Source of the DNA: a virus
Taxonomy: Duplodnaviria; Caudoviricetes
IMG/VR virus record: IMGVR_UViG_3300017951_000068
Location: 1-31,086 of that record
Length of the DNA: 31,086 nt
Reading direction: 5' to 3' (one strand)
The notes under the pieces are model-generated. The model was given only the letters and a program-made list of their open reading frames with translations, ran no database searches and was not told the DNA's origin. Positions 9,436 to 17,784 of the stretch are shown here, piece after piece (positions within the stretch are counted from its first letter, which is position 1; every line of letters begins with the position of its first letter). A program made the translations under genes and the position numbers.

Positions 9436-10712
9436 TGTTTGGTAATCATTTTTATCATCAACGAATCCGTAACGCGGTTGCCGTGTTTGGTGCTCTGTTC
9501 AACAACTTAAACGTTGTAAGAAAGAATAGCGCAGGCGCAGTGATAAGTCAACAGAAAGTGCCACTTTCTTATGCACCAAAAAGAGACTTTCTTGCACGTC
9601 TTGATGCGATGCAGAACGGTGAAGTTGGAGAACGACAGGTCGCAGTTAAGTTACCTCGTATGTCATTCGAGATTGTTTCGATGTCATATGACGCACAAAG
9701 ACAGTTGCCAAAAGTCAACAATTGTGTTATACCATCATCAACGTTCGGGTCGTCCACACAAGTATTCACTCCCGTTCCTTACAATGTCAACTTCCAGTTG
9801 AACATATATGCGAAGGGTCAGGACGATGCGTTGCAGTGCGTCGAACAGATTTTACCTTACTTCACACCTTCATACACGATAACCATGAAACCTTTGGACG
9901 ACTTTGATGGTGTGAAAGAGGACGTGCCAGTTTCACTTCAGGGTCTCACTTTTTCAGATGACTTTGAAGGTGCGTTGGAAGCTCGACGTACCGTAATCTA
10001 TACACTTGATTTCGAAATGAAGATATCCATGTACAAGTCTATTGCGACTGCGGGACCAGTCATTACGCAGTACGACATCGACAATTTACAGATGAACGGT
10101 GATCTTCTTTTCGAAGCAAAAGACAGTGCGGCAGTGGCATCACCATTGATTATTACGACTAACGAAGACACTAAGAAAACGGTTGAAAACTTTACTGTTA
10201 GTAATGTACCGTTCACAACACACGCTATGCAATTAGGATCAGACACTCCCGATAATGGGACTGCGACGGTGTCTGGTTTTACCAAGTTGACATCGTCAAG
10301 TGGTATCATAGTCGCAACGGGGGAGTACGAGTATACACCCGATAGTAACTTCAATGGGACAGATGAGTTTACCATCGATCTACTTTATGGTGATTCTACT
10401 GATCCACAGAAACTTACAAAAACTGTCAACGTTACTATCAATCCGGTGCAAGACGTTACTGCAACGACATTGACTATACCGGGCATAACAGTTGGTGTCG
10501 CTAATGTCAGAGATTTGACAACTAACGATAACTTTGTTGGAGCGACTTACTCGATTATCAGTGCACCATCTAATGGTACTGCGACATTGACTTCGGGAGG
10601 AACTCTCACATACACCATGTCGTCTGGATTAAGTGACACTCTTATTTACGGAGTCACTCCAAGTGGTGGAACTAGAGAGAATGTTACTGTAAACTATATC
10701 AGAGTATTGTAA
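9435..10712 (+). CDS. gp15: Tail sheath stabiliser/terminator gp15 with C-terminal Ig-like extension
   Basis: MFG.HFYH..IR..V..FG.LFN, KVPLSYAPK, LPRMSFEI, PVPYN, EQILPYFTP. About 190 extra C-terminal residues. Confidence 0.93.
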   Translation: MFGNHFYHQRIRNAVAVFGALFNNLNVVRKNSAGAVISQQKVPLSYAPKRDFLARLDAMQNGEVGERQVAVKLPRMSFEIVSMSYDAQRQLPKVNNCVIPSSTFGSSTQVFTPVPYNVNFQLNIYAKGQDDALQCVEQILPYFTPSYTITMKPLDDFDGVKEDVPVSLQGLTFSDDFEGALEARRTVIYTLDFEMKISMYKSIATAGPVITQYDIDNLQMNGDLLFEAKDSAAVASPLIITTNEDTKKTVENFTVSNVPFTTHAMQLGSDTPDNGTATVSGFTKLTSSSGIIVATGEYEYTPDSNFNGTDEFTIDLLYGDSTDPQKLTKTVNVTINPVQDVTATTLTIPGITVGVANVRDLTTNDNFVGATYSIISAPSNGTATLTSGGTLTYTMSSGLSDTLIYGVTPSGGTRENVTVNYIRVL

Positions 10713-10721
10713 GGTTTACGA

Positions 10722-10729
10722 TATAAATA
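10722..10729 (+). promoter_or_regulatory. T4-type late promoter TATAAATA
   Basis: Exact consensus, intergenic. Confidence 0.85.
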
Positions 10730-10765
10730 AAGGAAAGAACTTTAAAGGACTTTGAGGACCGATAA

Positions 10766-12205
10766 ATGGCGGGTATAAAGATAAGTGAATTACCAGAACT
10801 GATAGGAGCGAATGCAACCGACTCCGACATTCTGGTAATTGTTGATGTGAGTGCAAACGAGACAAAACATATTACGTTTGAAAATCTCATTGCATCAAAC
10901 ATTGACAGTGCAAATAGAGCAACTACTGCGATCGTCGCTGGACGGGCGCGAGAAATTGTTGTCAACTCTTCGCCAAACATTGGACAGAATTTCATTCCAA
11001 TCATTGGTGCATCGTCGGGTCAGGACTCTGTTAGTACTACAGGTAATTTAATATTCAACACAACATCTAATAAGATTGAAGCAAATCTTGATGGTATTGC
11101 AGACAGTGCGTTGAATGCCGATCGTGCAGATGTGGCAGACTCTGCAAACTTCAATCTCACTTCTATCAATGATGTGGTTAATACATTCACTGGTCTGGTA
11201 TCTGGTCAGGTTCTCAAATGGAATGGTACTGCATGGGAAAACCAGAACGATCTTTCTGGTGATGCGGGATCAGGTGTACTTGCAAAACAAATTAACACAG
11301 TATCGACAACTGACTCTGCGAACTTTTTGATACCCTTTGTTAGTGTGGTGGGTGCAGACTCAGTGGGTGTGGATGCAGGTATTCAATACAATCCAGCCAC
11401 AGACACATTGACTGTAGCTAATATCACAGGTAATGCATCTACTGCATCACTTGCGACACTCGCAACAACTGCGACAGACGCACGTCAAGTAATCACAGAC
11501 AGTGCCGCAGCAACAGGAACGTACTATCCACTTATGCGTCTCGACTTTACACCGGGCGCTGACAGTGTTGAAATTACTACGAACCTCAACTATGACGCAT
11601 CAACTAATACGCTTGCCGCGACTAATTTTAGTGGTGACGGATCTAACATCTCGAACGTTGCTGCGGTGTCGGCAACCAATGCAACCAATGTTGCGATCAG
11701 TCAACAGAACGGCGATGCAGTTTACTACGTACACTTTGGTAGTGCCTTGAGTGGTAATGATGGAGTTGACGTAAACTCTAAGTTTAGAATCAATCCATTA
11801 TTACCCACTCTCCACCTCGCGGATAGTGACTCTAGAATCCTTCTGGGTGTGGACAGTGATTTCTCTATAGATACCACAGGTATTCAGTATACTTTCAACG
11901 TGGTAAATGATGGTGCATCTGCTTACGACTTTAGTGATGGTAATAGTGTGTTCTTCCCTTCACCGGAATCTAATCCAGAATTGTACCTACGAAGGGGCGA
12001 GACATATCGATTTAGTGTAAACGCGTCAGGTCACCCATTCCAGATTCGGGTGAGTGACGGTGGATCTGCGTATAACACAGGTGTAAGTAACAATGGTGCT
12101 CAAGTGGGGAACGTAATATTTGCAGTTCCGATGTCGGCACCCGCAACACTTTACTATCAATGTACTATTCACTCTGGAATGGGGAACACGATAAACATCG
12201 TATAA
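10766..12205 (+). CDS. Fibre protein with C-terminal cupredoxin-like domain
   Basis: N-terminal IKISEL..DSD.LVIVD...TK.IT; A..A..A runs; repeated (Y/F).P....G.DSV....L.YN..T.TL modules; C-terminal GHPF...YYQCTIHSGM. Confidence 0.75.
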   Translation: MAGIKISELPELIGANATDSDILVIVDVSANETKHITFENLIASNIDSANRATTAIVAGRAREIVVNSSPNIGQNFIPIIGASSGQDSVSTTGNLIFNTTSNKIEANLDGIADSALNADRADVADSANFNLTSINDVVNTFTGLVSGQVLKWNGTAWENQNDLSGDAGSGVLAKQINTVSTTDSANFLIPFVSVVGADSVGVDAGIQYNPATDTLTVANITGNASTASLATLATTATDARQVITDSAAATGTYYPLMRLDFTPGADSVEITTNLNYDASTNTLAATNFSGDGSNISNVAAVSATNATNVAISQQNGDAVYYVHFGSALSGNDGVDVNSKFRINPLLPTLHLADSDSRILLGVDSDFSIDTTGIQYTFNVVNDGASAYDFSDGNSVFFPSPESNPELYLRRGETYRFSVNASGHPFQIRVSDGGSAYNTGVSNNGAQVGNVIFAVPMSAPATLYYQCTIHSGMGNTINIV

Positions 12206-12219
12206 CGGGAATAAGATAA

Positions 12220-15200
12220 ATGGCTGATATAAAAATTTCACAGTTAAACTCACTTTCTAGTGCAGACTTGAAGGATAGTGATGTTTTAGTCATCAATGAC
12301 GTTAGTGTATCTACTACGAAGCAAATCACACGTGAAGCCTTCCTAGATGGATTCACAAGAAATATTGTTGACTCTGGAACAGGCGCGAAGATTGCTGGGG
12401 ACTTTACTGTCGACAACGAATTGACCGTTGGTGGTGATCTTGAAACTACAGGTAAAATTACATTCGGTTCATTACAAGATCACGCGGAAGGAATTTTTAT
12501 TAGTAAATTTGTCGACGCGGCAGATGCTATTGTAAACAATCTAACGGACTCATCTATACCGACATCTCTCGCGGTTAGAGATTATGTAGCGTTACAAACT
12601 GCATCAAACATTGCAGGTTTATTGAACGTAGACTCTGCTGGTGCACAAACAGTATTATATCCAGTCATGGTGAAAGATCCCGATGGTGATGAAGACAGTG
12701 CACTTACAGATCCAGATCTTTCTTACAACGCAAACACACGTACACTTACTTCAGGAAACCTTGTTCCTCTTGCAGACTCAGAATACAATCTAGGTTCTGC
12801 ATCGAAGAAATGGAAAGAACTGTTTATCAGTGGATCGACCATCAATATCGGTAACAAGAAGATTCAGATCGATAATGACAAAGTAAATTTTGTCGGTGCG
12901 ACCGGTTTCCAGTTAGACGGTGTTGACTTTAGTGGTGGAGGTGCTGCCAATCCGGTTGCTACTGCAAGACTTTTGCCCACAGGTGGTCAGGTAATCCGAT
13001 ACGATTCGACCGGTAGTGTTGAACTCGGCGGCGACCAGTCGCTCACCTTCAAAGGTATTGTTGGTGGATTTAATGGCGATCGAACGTTTAAGTTTTTCGT
13101 AGATGATGTAGAGAAAAGTAGTCAGACTGTATCAATTGACTCTGCAACATACACCATGTTAGACGGAGATGAACCCGCTGCAAACGCATCCAAGACTGTA
13201 AAACTACTTGTCACCGGTTCAGGTGATTCTGAAGCATCCGACTTTGTTTCTGTCTTTGGTGTCAAAGATGGTGGATCAGGTACAGATGGTACAGACGGTG
13301 ACGATGGTGACGATGGTGTTTCATCGGTCACTACGTTCTTAACTAACGAAGTTCACACAGTCGCTGCGGATTCGGCAGGTGTGTTGTCAGGTGATTTGAC
13401 AAGTGCCGGTGGTACCATGAAGGTATTTGTTGGTGCAACCGATGTAACAGGCAACGCAGATGTAACTTATTCTAACCCCTCTGAGGATGGAATCTCTGCA
13501 TCGATTGCGTCAACTGGTATCTACACGATATCATCATTTGATAGTGATGGTGCAACTCAAGGTATTGCGACTTTCCGTGCAGTTGTAGCTCAATCTTTGA
13601 TTCAAGGTGCGAGTGGGGACGTTACGGTTGAGAAACAATACAGTATCGCCAAACAATTAGGTGGTGGTGGTCTTGACGGTGCTGATGGTGCGGCAGGTGA
13701 AGACGCTCGCGCAGTTAAGATTATTGCAAACGACGGACAAGTTGTTCGATACGATAGTTCTGGTTCAGAGGCAGACACTCTCACATTTACTGCTCAACCA
13801 GAAAACCAAGACACGGGTACTGAAGTCACATATAGATGGTCTGTCAGATCGCCAGGCGCTTCATATGTTGTCAAAAAGAATTCAGGTTCGGTAGACTATA
13901 CACTTGCAGATGCTGACGAACCCTCAATCGATGGTGTGAAGATTGTCAAGTGTGAGATGTATGAGGATAGTGTAGAGAAAGCACAAGACACCATGACGTT
14001 GTATGGTTTGGTGAATGGATTCTCTGTTACTGGATTCCTGTCTAACGAAACACACGTAGAACCTTCTGACTCAGTGGGTGCACTTACTACCAGTCTTAGT
14101 GACGCAGGTGGTACATTTAAGGTATTCTTAGGAACTACAGATATCACTACAAGTAGTAGTGTGAGTTACTCAAACACCGCAAACACTGGTATTAATGTCA
14201 CAATTGATGCGGGTGGAGATGGTGGTGCGTCATCTGGTCAGTACACCATCAATAGTTTCTCTAGTAACGCAACTCTCACTGGTACCGCAGACTTCCGAGC
14301 CACTGTTGCTCAAGCACTAATTCCCGGCGCAAGTGGAGACTTTATTATTGACAAGAAATACTCTATCGCAAAAGCGCGACAGGGTGTTACTGGTGAAGGT
14401 GTTGGAGTGCCGGGAGCAGATGGTACAGATGCTCGTGCGGTTAAGTTGATTCCTAATGACGGTCAGGTTATCCGATATGACGCAGACGGTACCACAGAAA
14501 CCGATACACTTACTTTCACCGCAGACAATAATGACGCATTCACCGGTACAGAGACTTGGCAGTTCTTACTCAAGAAAGGTGGCGGTGCAAGTTATGTGGC
14601 GAAGAAAAATTCAGGATCGACCGCATTTACTCTAGCAGATGGTGATGAACCCAGCGTAGACTCTGCGTACACTCTTCAAGTTAAAGCGTTCGAAGATAGT
14701 GCCGAGAAGGCAAACGACTTTGTCACAATCTACGGTCTTCAAAACGGTACAGGTATCACCGCATTCTTGACGAACGAATCACACGTAGAAGCGTATGACT
14801 CAGGTGGAGCCCTAGTTGACGATTTGACTGACGCAGGGGGAACGTTCAAAGTATTCCGTGGTACGACAGAGATTACAACCAACTGTACCTTCTCAGTTCA
14901 GTCTGAAACTGGTGTCGATGTTTCTATCAACTCAGGAAGTGGTGTATACACAGTTAACTCTATTAGTGCGGACAAAGGTAACGCAGACTTCCAAGTATCT
15001 GTTCCCGCAACTCTAGTGCCCGGCGGTTCCGCTGCAATGTTGATTGACAAGACGTACTCTATTGCAAAGTCTAGATCCGGTGCGTCGGGTTCCGATGGTG
15101 GTAATGGTGCTGATGGTGACGACGCTCGTGCAGTCAAGTTAATACCAACTGCGGGACAGGTAGTTCGTTACGATGCAGATGGTTCAACAGAGACGGACAC

Positions 15201-16233
15201 ACTTACGTTTAGTGCGGACAACAACGATGCATTCTCCGGTACAGAGACTTGGCAGTTCCGATTAGACAAAGGTAGTGGTAGTTTTGTTGAGAAACAGTCT
15301 GCATCTGCAACCTCAACATTTACTCTACCAGATGCTGACGAACCCGGCGTTGATTCGTCGTACATAGTACAAGTAAGAGCATTCGAAGATGCAACTCTGA
15401 AGGCAACAGACCAAGTATCCGTCTTCGGTCTTCAGAATGGTGCGGGTATCACTGCGTTCCTCACTAACGAATCACACGTAGAAGGTTACGACTCTAACGG
15501 TGCTTTGGTCGACAACTTCTCAGACGCAGGTGGTACGTTCAAGGTGTTCCGTGGAACCACTGACATTACAACCAACTGTACATTCAGCAAACAGTCTCAG
15601 TCCAACATGACAAGTGCAATCAATTCTGGTACTGGTGTTTACTCAGTAAGTGCGTTGACTGCAAAGAATGGTAATTCAGTATTCCGTGCAACCGTACCAC
15701 AGGCACAAGTGCCAGGCGGTGGATCTGACATGACTATCGACAAGACCTATACCATCTCCAAATCACAGGATGGTGGATCTGGTGATGATGGTGGTGATGG
15801 TAGTCGAGGTCCAGGCAGATGGCACATTGATTGTGACTCTATCAGTTATGCTGCTGCGGGTGAAACAGACAACACTGTTCCAACCACTGCGACCGGTGCT
15901 GCAGAAGCATGGGACGAAGGATCGTTTGTTGGTACATCGCCTGGCGCTGAAGTTGCCGGAGATCAAGCGTGGTTCTTCCAAGGTACCATTGCAAATCCAA
16001 CTGCACAAAAGGTCTGGATATACAACGGTAGTGCATGGGCAGAACAGACAGAAGCGATCGATGGTAGTCTATTAGTTTCTGGTACCGTGACTGCATCGGG
16101 ATTCCAGACAGACGGTATCGTTGACTCTACTGCTAGCACCGGTAGAACAACTATCAAGAACTCTGGTATTGTCATCGAGTCTTGGGAAACTAATCAGATG
16201 GTTGTGCGAGTTAAAATCGGAGATCTTTCTTAA
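12220..16233 (+). CDS. Large tail fibre/tail-tip protein with four ~240-aa repeats and a TipJ-like C-terminus
   Basis: Same N-terminal motif as the previous gene; LVPLADSEYNLGSASKKWKELFISG fibre motif; four FL(T/S)NE.H repeats; ends IDGSLLVSGTVTA...VVRVKIGDLS. Confidence 0.75.
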   Translation: MADIKISQLNSLSSADLKDSDVLVINDVSVSTTKQITREAFLDGFTRNIVDSGTGAKIAGDFTVDNELTVGGDLETTGKITFGSLQDHAEGIFISKFVDAADAIVNNLTDSSIPTSLAVRDYVALQTASNIAGLLNVDSAGAQTVLYPVMVKDPDGDEDSALTDPDLSYNANTRTLTSGNLVPLADSEYNLGSASKKWKELFISGSTINIGNKKIQIDNDKVNFVGATGFQLDGVDFSGGGAANPVATARLLPTGGQVIRYDSTGSVELGGDQSLTFKGIVGGFNGDRTFKFFVDDVEKSSQTVSIDSATYTMLDGDEPAANASKTVKLLVTGSGDSEASDFVSVFGVKDGGSGTDGTDGDDGDDGVSSVTTFLTNEVHTVAADSAGVLSGDLTSAGGTMKVFVGATDVTGNADVTYSNPSEDGISASIASTGIYTISSFDSDGATQGIATFRAVVAQSLIQGASGDVTVEKQYSIAKQLGGGGLDGADGAAGEDARAVKIIANDGQVVRYDSSGSEADTLTFTAQPENQDTGTEVTYRWSVRSPGASYVVKKNSGSVDYTLADADEPSIDGVKIVKCEMYEDSVEKAQDTMTLYGLVNGFSVTGFLSNETHVEPSDSVGALTTSLSDAGGTFKVFLGTTDITTSSSVSYSNTANTGINVTIDAGGDGGASSGQYTINSFSSNATLTGTADFRATVAQALIPGASGDFIIDKKYSIAKARQGVTGEGVGVPGADGTDARAVKLIPNDGQVIRYDADGTTETDTLTFTADNNDAFTGTETWQFLLKKGGGASYVAKKNSGSTAFTLADGDEPSVDSAYTLQVKAFEDSAEKANDFVTIYGLQNGTGITAFLTNESHVEAYDSGGALVDDLTDAGGTFKVFRGTTEITTNCTFSVQSETGVDVSINSGSGVYTVNSISADKGNADFQVSVPATLVPGGSAAMLIDKTYSIAKSRSGASGSDGGNGADGDDARAVKLIPTAGQVVRYDADGSTETDTLTFSADNNDAFSGTETWQFRLDKGSGSFVEKQSASATSTFTLPDADEPGVDSSYIVQVRAFEDATLKATDQVSVFGLQNGAGITAFLTNESHVEGYDSNGALVDNFSDAGGTFKVFRGTTDITTNCTFSKQSQSNMTSAINSGTGVYSVSALTAKNGNSVFRATVPQAQVPGGGSDMTIDKTYTISKSQDGGSGDDGGDGSRGPGRWHIDCDSISYAAAGETDNTVPTTATGAAEAWDEGSFVGTSPGAEVAGDQAWFFQGTIANPTAQKVWIYNGSAWAEQTEAIDGSLLVSGTVTASGFQTDGIVDSTASTGRTTIKNSGIVIESWETNQMVVRVKIGDLS
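12961..15810 (+). repeat. Four diverged coding repeats (231-247 aa) joined by GxDG linkers
   Basis: Units start at about 12961, 13702, 14428 and 15121 (ARAVK.IP..GQV.RYD). An identical 23-mer, CCGGTACAGAGACTTGGCAGTTC, occurs at 14543 and 15236 (693 nt apart). Confidence 0.9.
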
Positions 16234-16559
16234 TGGCGTATGGTGTCCAAGTCAACGCATCTAATGGTAATAAACTGTTTGATACGTCAGATAATATTCA
16301 ACAGTACATTGCTGAAGGTACGTTTACCATTACAAATGGTCAATCCACGAGTAACTCCATATCTGTTACTGGGTTGACAACTTCAGATAGGTTTGATATT
16401 ATTGTCAACAAAGATCACTCGCCGTTTTACGATAACCAACAGTATGGAGAAACAACAATATCCAGTGGGTCATTTACATTCCAGAGACAATCTGCGAACG
16501 GAAATGCCGATACAACTAACACATATGATTATAGATACATTGTACTTAGAACGGCGTAA
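16233..16559 (+). CDS. Small tail-tip-associated protein
   Basis: MAYGVQV.ASNG..LFD N-terminus, beta-rich. TAATG-coupled to the fibre gene. Confidence 0.6.
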   Translation: MAYGVQVNASNGNKLFDTSDNIQQYIAEGTFTITNGQSTSNSISVTGLTTSDRFDIIVNKDHSPFYDNQQYGETTISSGSFTFQRQSANGNADTTNTYDYRYIVLRTA

Positions 16560-16564
16560 AAAAT

Positions 16565-17338
16565 ATGGCATATGGTTTTGAAGTAAAAAACGATGATGGT
16601 TACATCATTATAGATGATACCAATCGTAATTTTCAGGTTTACGCAGATGGAACTGCTGCCGCGGATGCATTAACACAGTATCGTATCGCTACGGTGAATG
16701 ATTCTGATGGTAATGACTGGGGTGGTAAAATTCCAGATTCTGGTCCTACCGGATGGGGTGATATTTTAAAATCAGACCTTTTATTCGGAAGACCGGACGA
16801 TGGTACCGATAATTATAATTCGTCTGACGTAGTTAAGTTGAACATGTGGATGTTTTATGGTACAAAGACAAACCGCACACAACGTAAGTGGGGAAGATTC
16901 ACCATCACAAATACCAGTGGAGTCGAACCAACCAGTTATAATTATGTTCAGGTAGCGCCGTTTAATGGAAACGGAAATGTAGTTTCGGCATCGTCAAGTG
17001 GTTATGGTTTAGAAGTATACGATGCAACTGGTTCTGTAAGATTTACCTCAAACCTTGACAAATATTTTGTTCTTGATGCAGTATTGACAACAAGCGGAAC
17101 TCAGAGTACAATTACAGCAACCGGTGATTCGTATCAGTATGCAAACGAAGTAACTTTTACTGCGCCGGGCGGTGCGGACATTTACGATTATTATGTCTGT
17201 GTCAATTCTTTTGATACCAACGGCACTGCTGGTTCATTTTATGGTATGGGTGCACATTATCAACACTCAACAAGAACCATTCGATGTATTGCATCTGGTC
17301 CATCTAAAAAATTCTTAATAGGGAGATTAGTATCATGA
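16565..17338 (+). CDS. Tail-tip-associated protein with a duplicated YG(F/L)EV motif
   Basis: MAYGFEVKNDDGYIIIDD and internal GYGLEVYDATGSVRFTSN, similar to genes that follow TipJ in siphophage tails. Confidence 0.6.
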   Translation: MAYGFEVKNDDGYIIIDDTNRNFQVYADGTAAADALTQYRIATVNDSDGNDWGGKIPDSGPTGWGDILKSDLLFGRPDDGTDNYNSSDVVKLNMWMFYGTKTNRTQRKWGRFTITNTSGVEPTSYNYVQVAPFNGNGNVVSASSSGYGLEVYDATGSVRFTSNLDKYFVLDAVLTTSGTQSTITATGDSYQYANEVTFTAPGGADIYDYYVCVNSFDTNGTAGSFYGMGAHYQHSTRTIRCIASGPSKKFLIGRLVS

Positions 17339-17784
17339 GTAGGACATGGGCAGTGGTAGAAACAAGCACCGGTAAGGTGGTGTCTACCATGAATATGAAC
17401 TCACAAGATCTCACAGACGGTGGAGATTATTTGGACAATACTCATTTTGTCAAAGACATTACGGGTGAGTCAAATACTCGACTTTGGCCAAGTACAAAGT
17501 ATTGGGCGAATGACCAATGGAACGATCTACCCACATCACCCGGCAAGTATTATTCTTGGAACGGATCGAGTTGGGCATTGGATTCCACAAGGTTGTTTGA
17601 AGAGATTAGGCGAGAAAGGGATCGTCTTTTATCTGAATGCGATTGGACACAGGGGTCTGATTCACCTTTGTCCGATTCTGATAAGACCAGTTGGGCGACA
17701 TACAGACAATCACTTAGGGATGTACCAGCAAACAATTCATCCGTAACTGATTACGCTGACGTGACTTGGCCAACTGAACCCTAA
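17335..17784 (+). CDS. Tail fibre assembly chaperone
   Basis: IRRERDRLLSECDWTQ..DSPL....W.TYRQ.LRDVP...VTWPTEP, the phage tail assembly chaperone signature. Confidence 0.85.
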   Translation: MSRTWAVVETSTGKVVSTMNMNSQDLTDGGDYLDNTHFVKDITGESNTRLWPSTKYWANDQWNDLPTSPGKYYSWNGSSWALDSTRLFEEIRRERDRLLSECDWTQGSDSPLSDSDKTSWATYRQSLRDVPANNSSVTDYADVTWPTEP

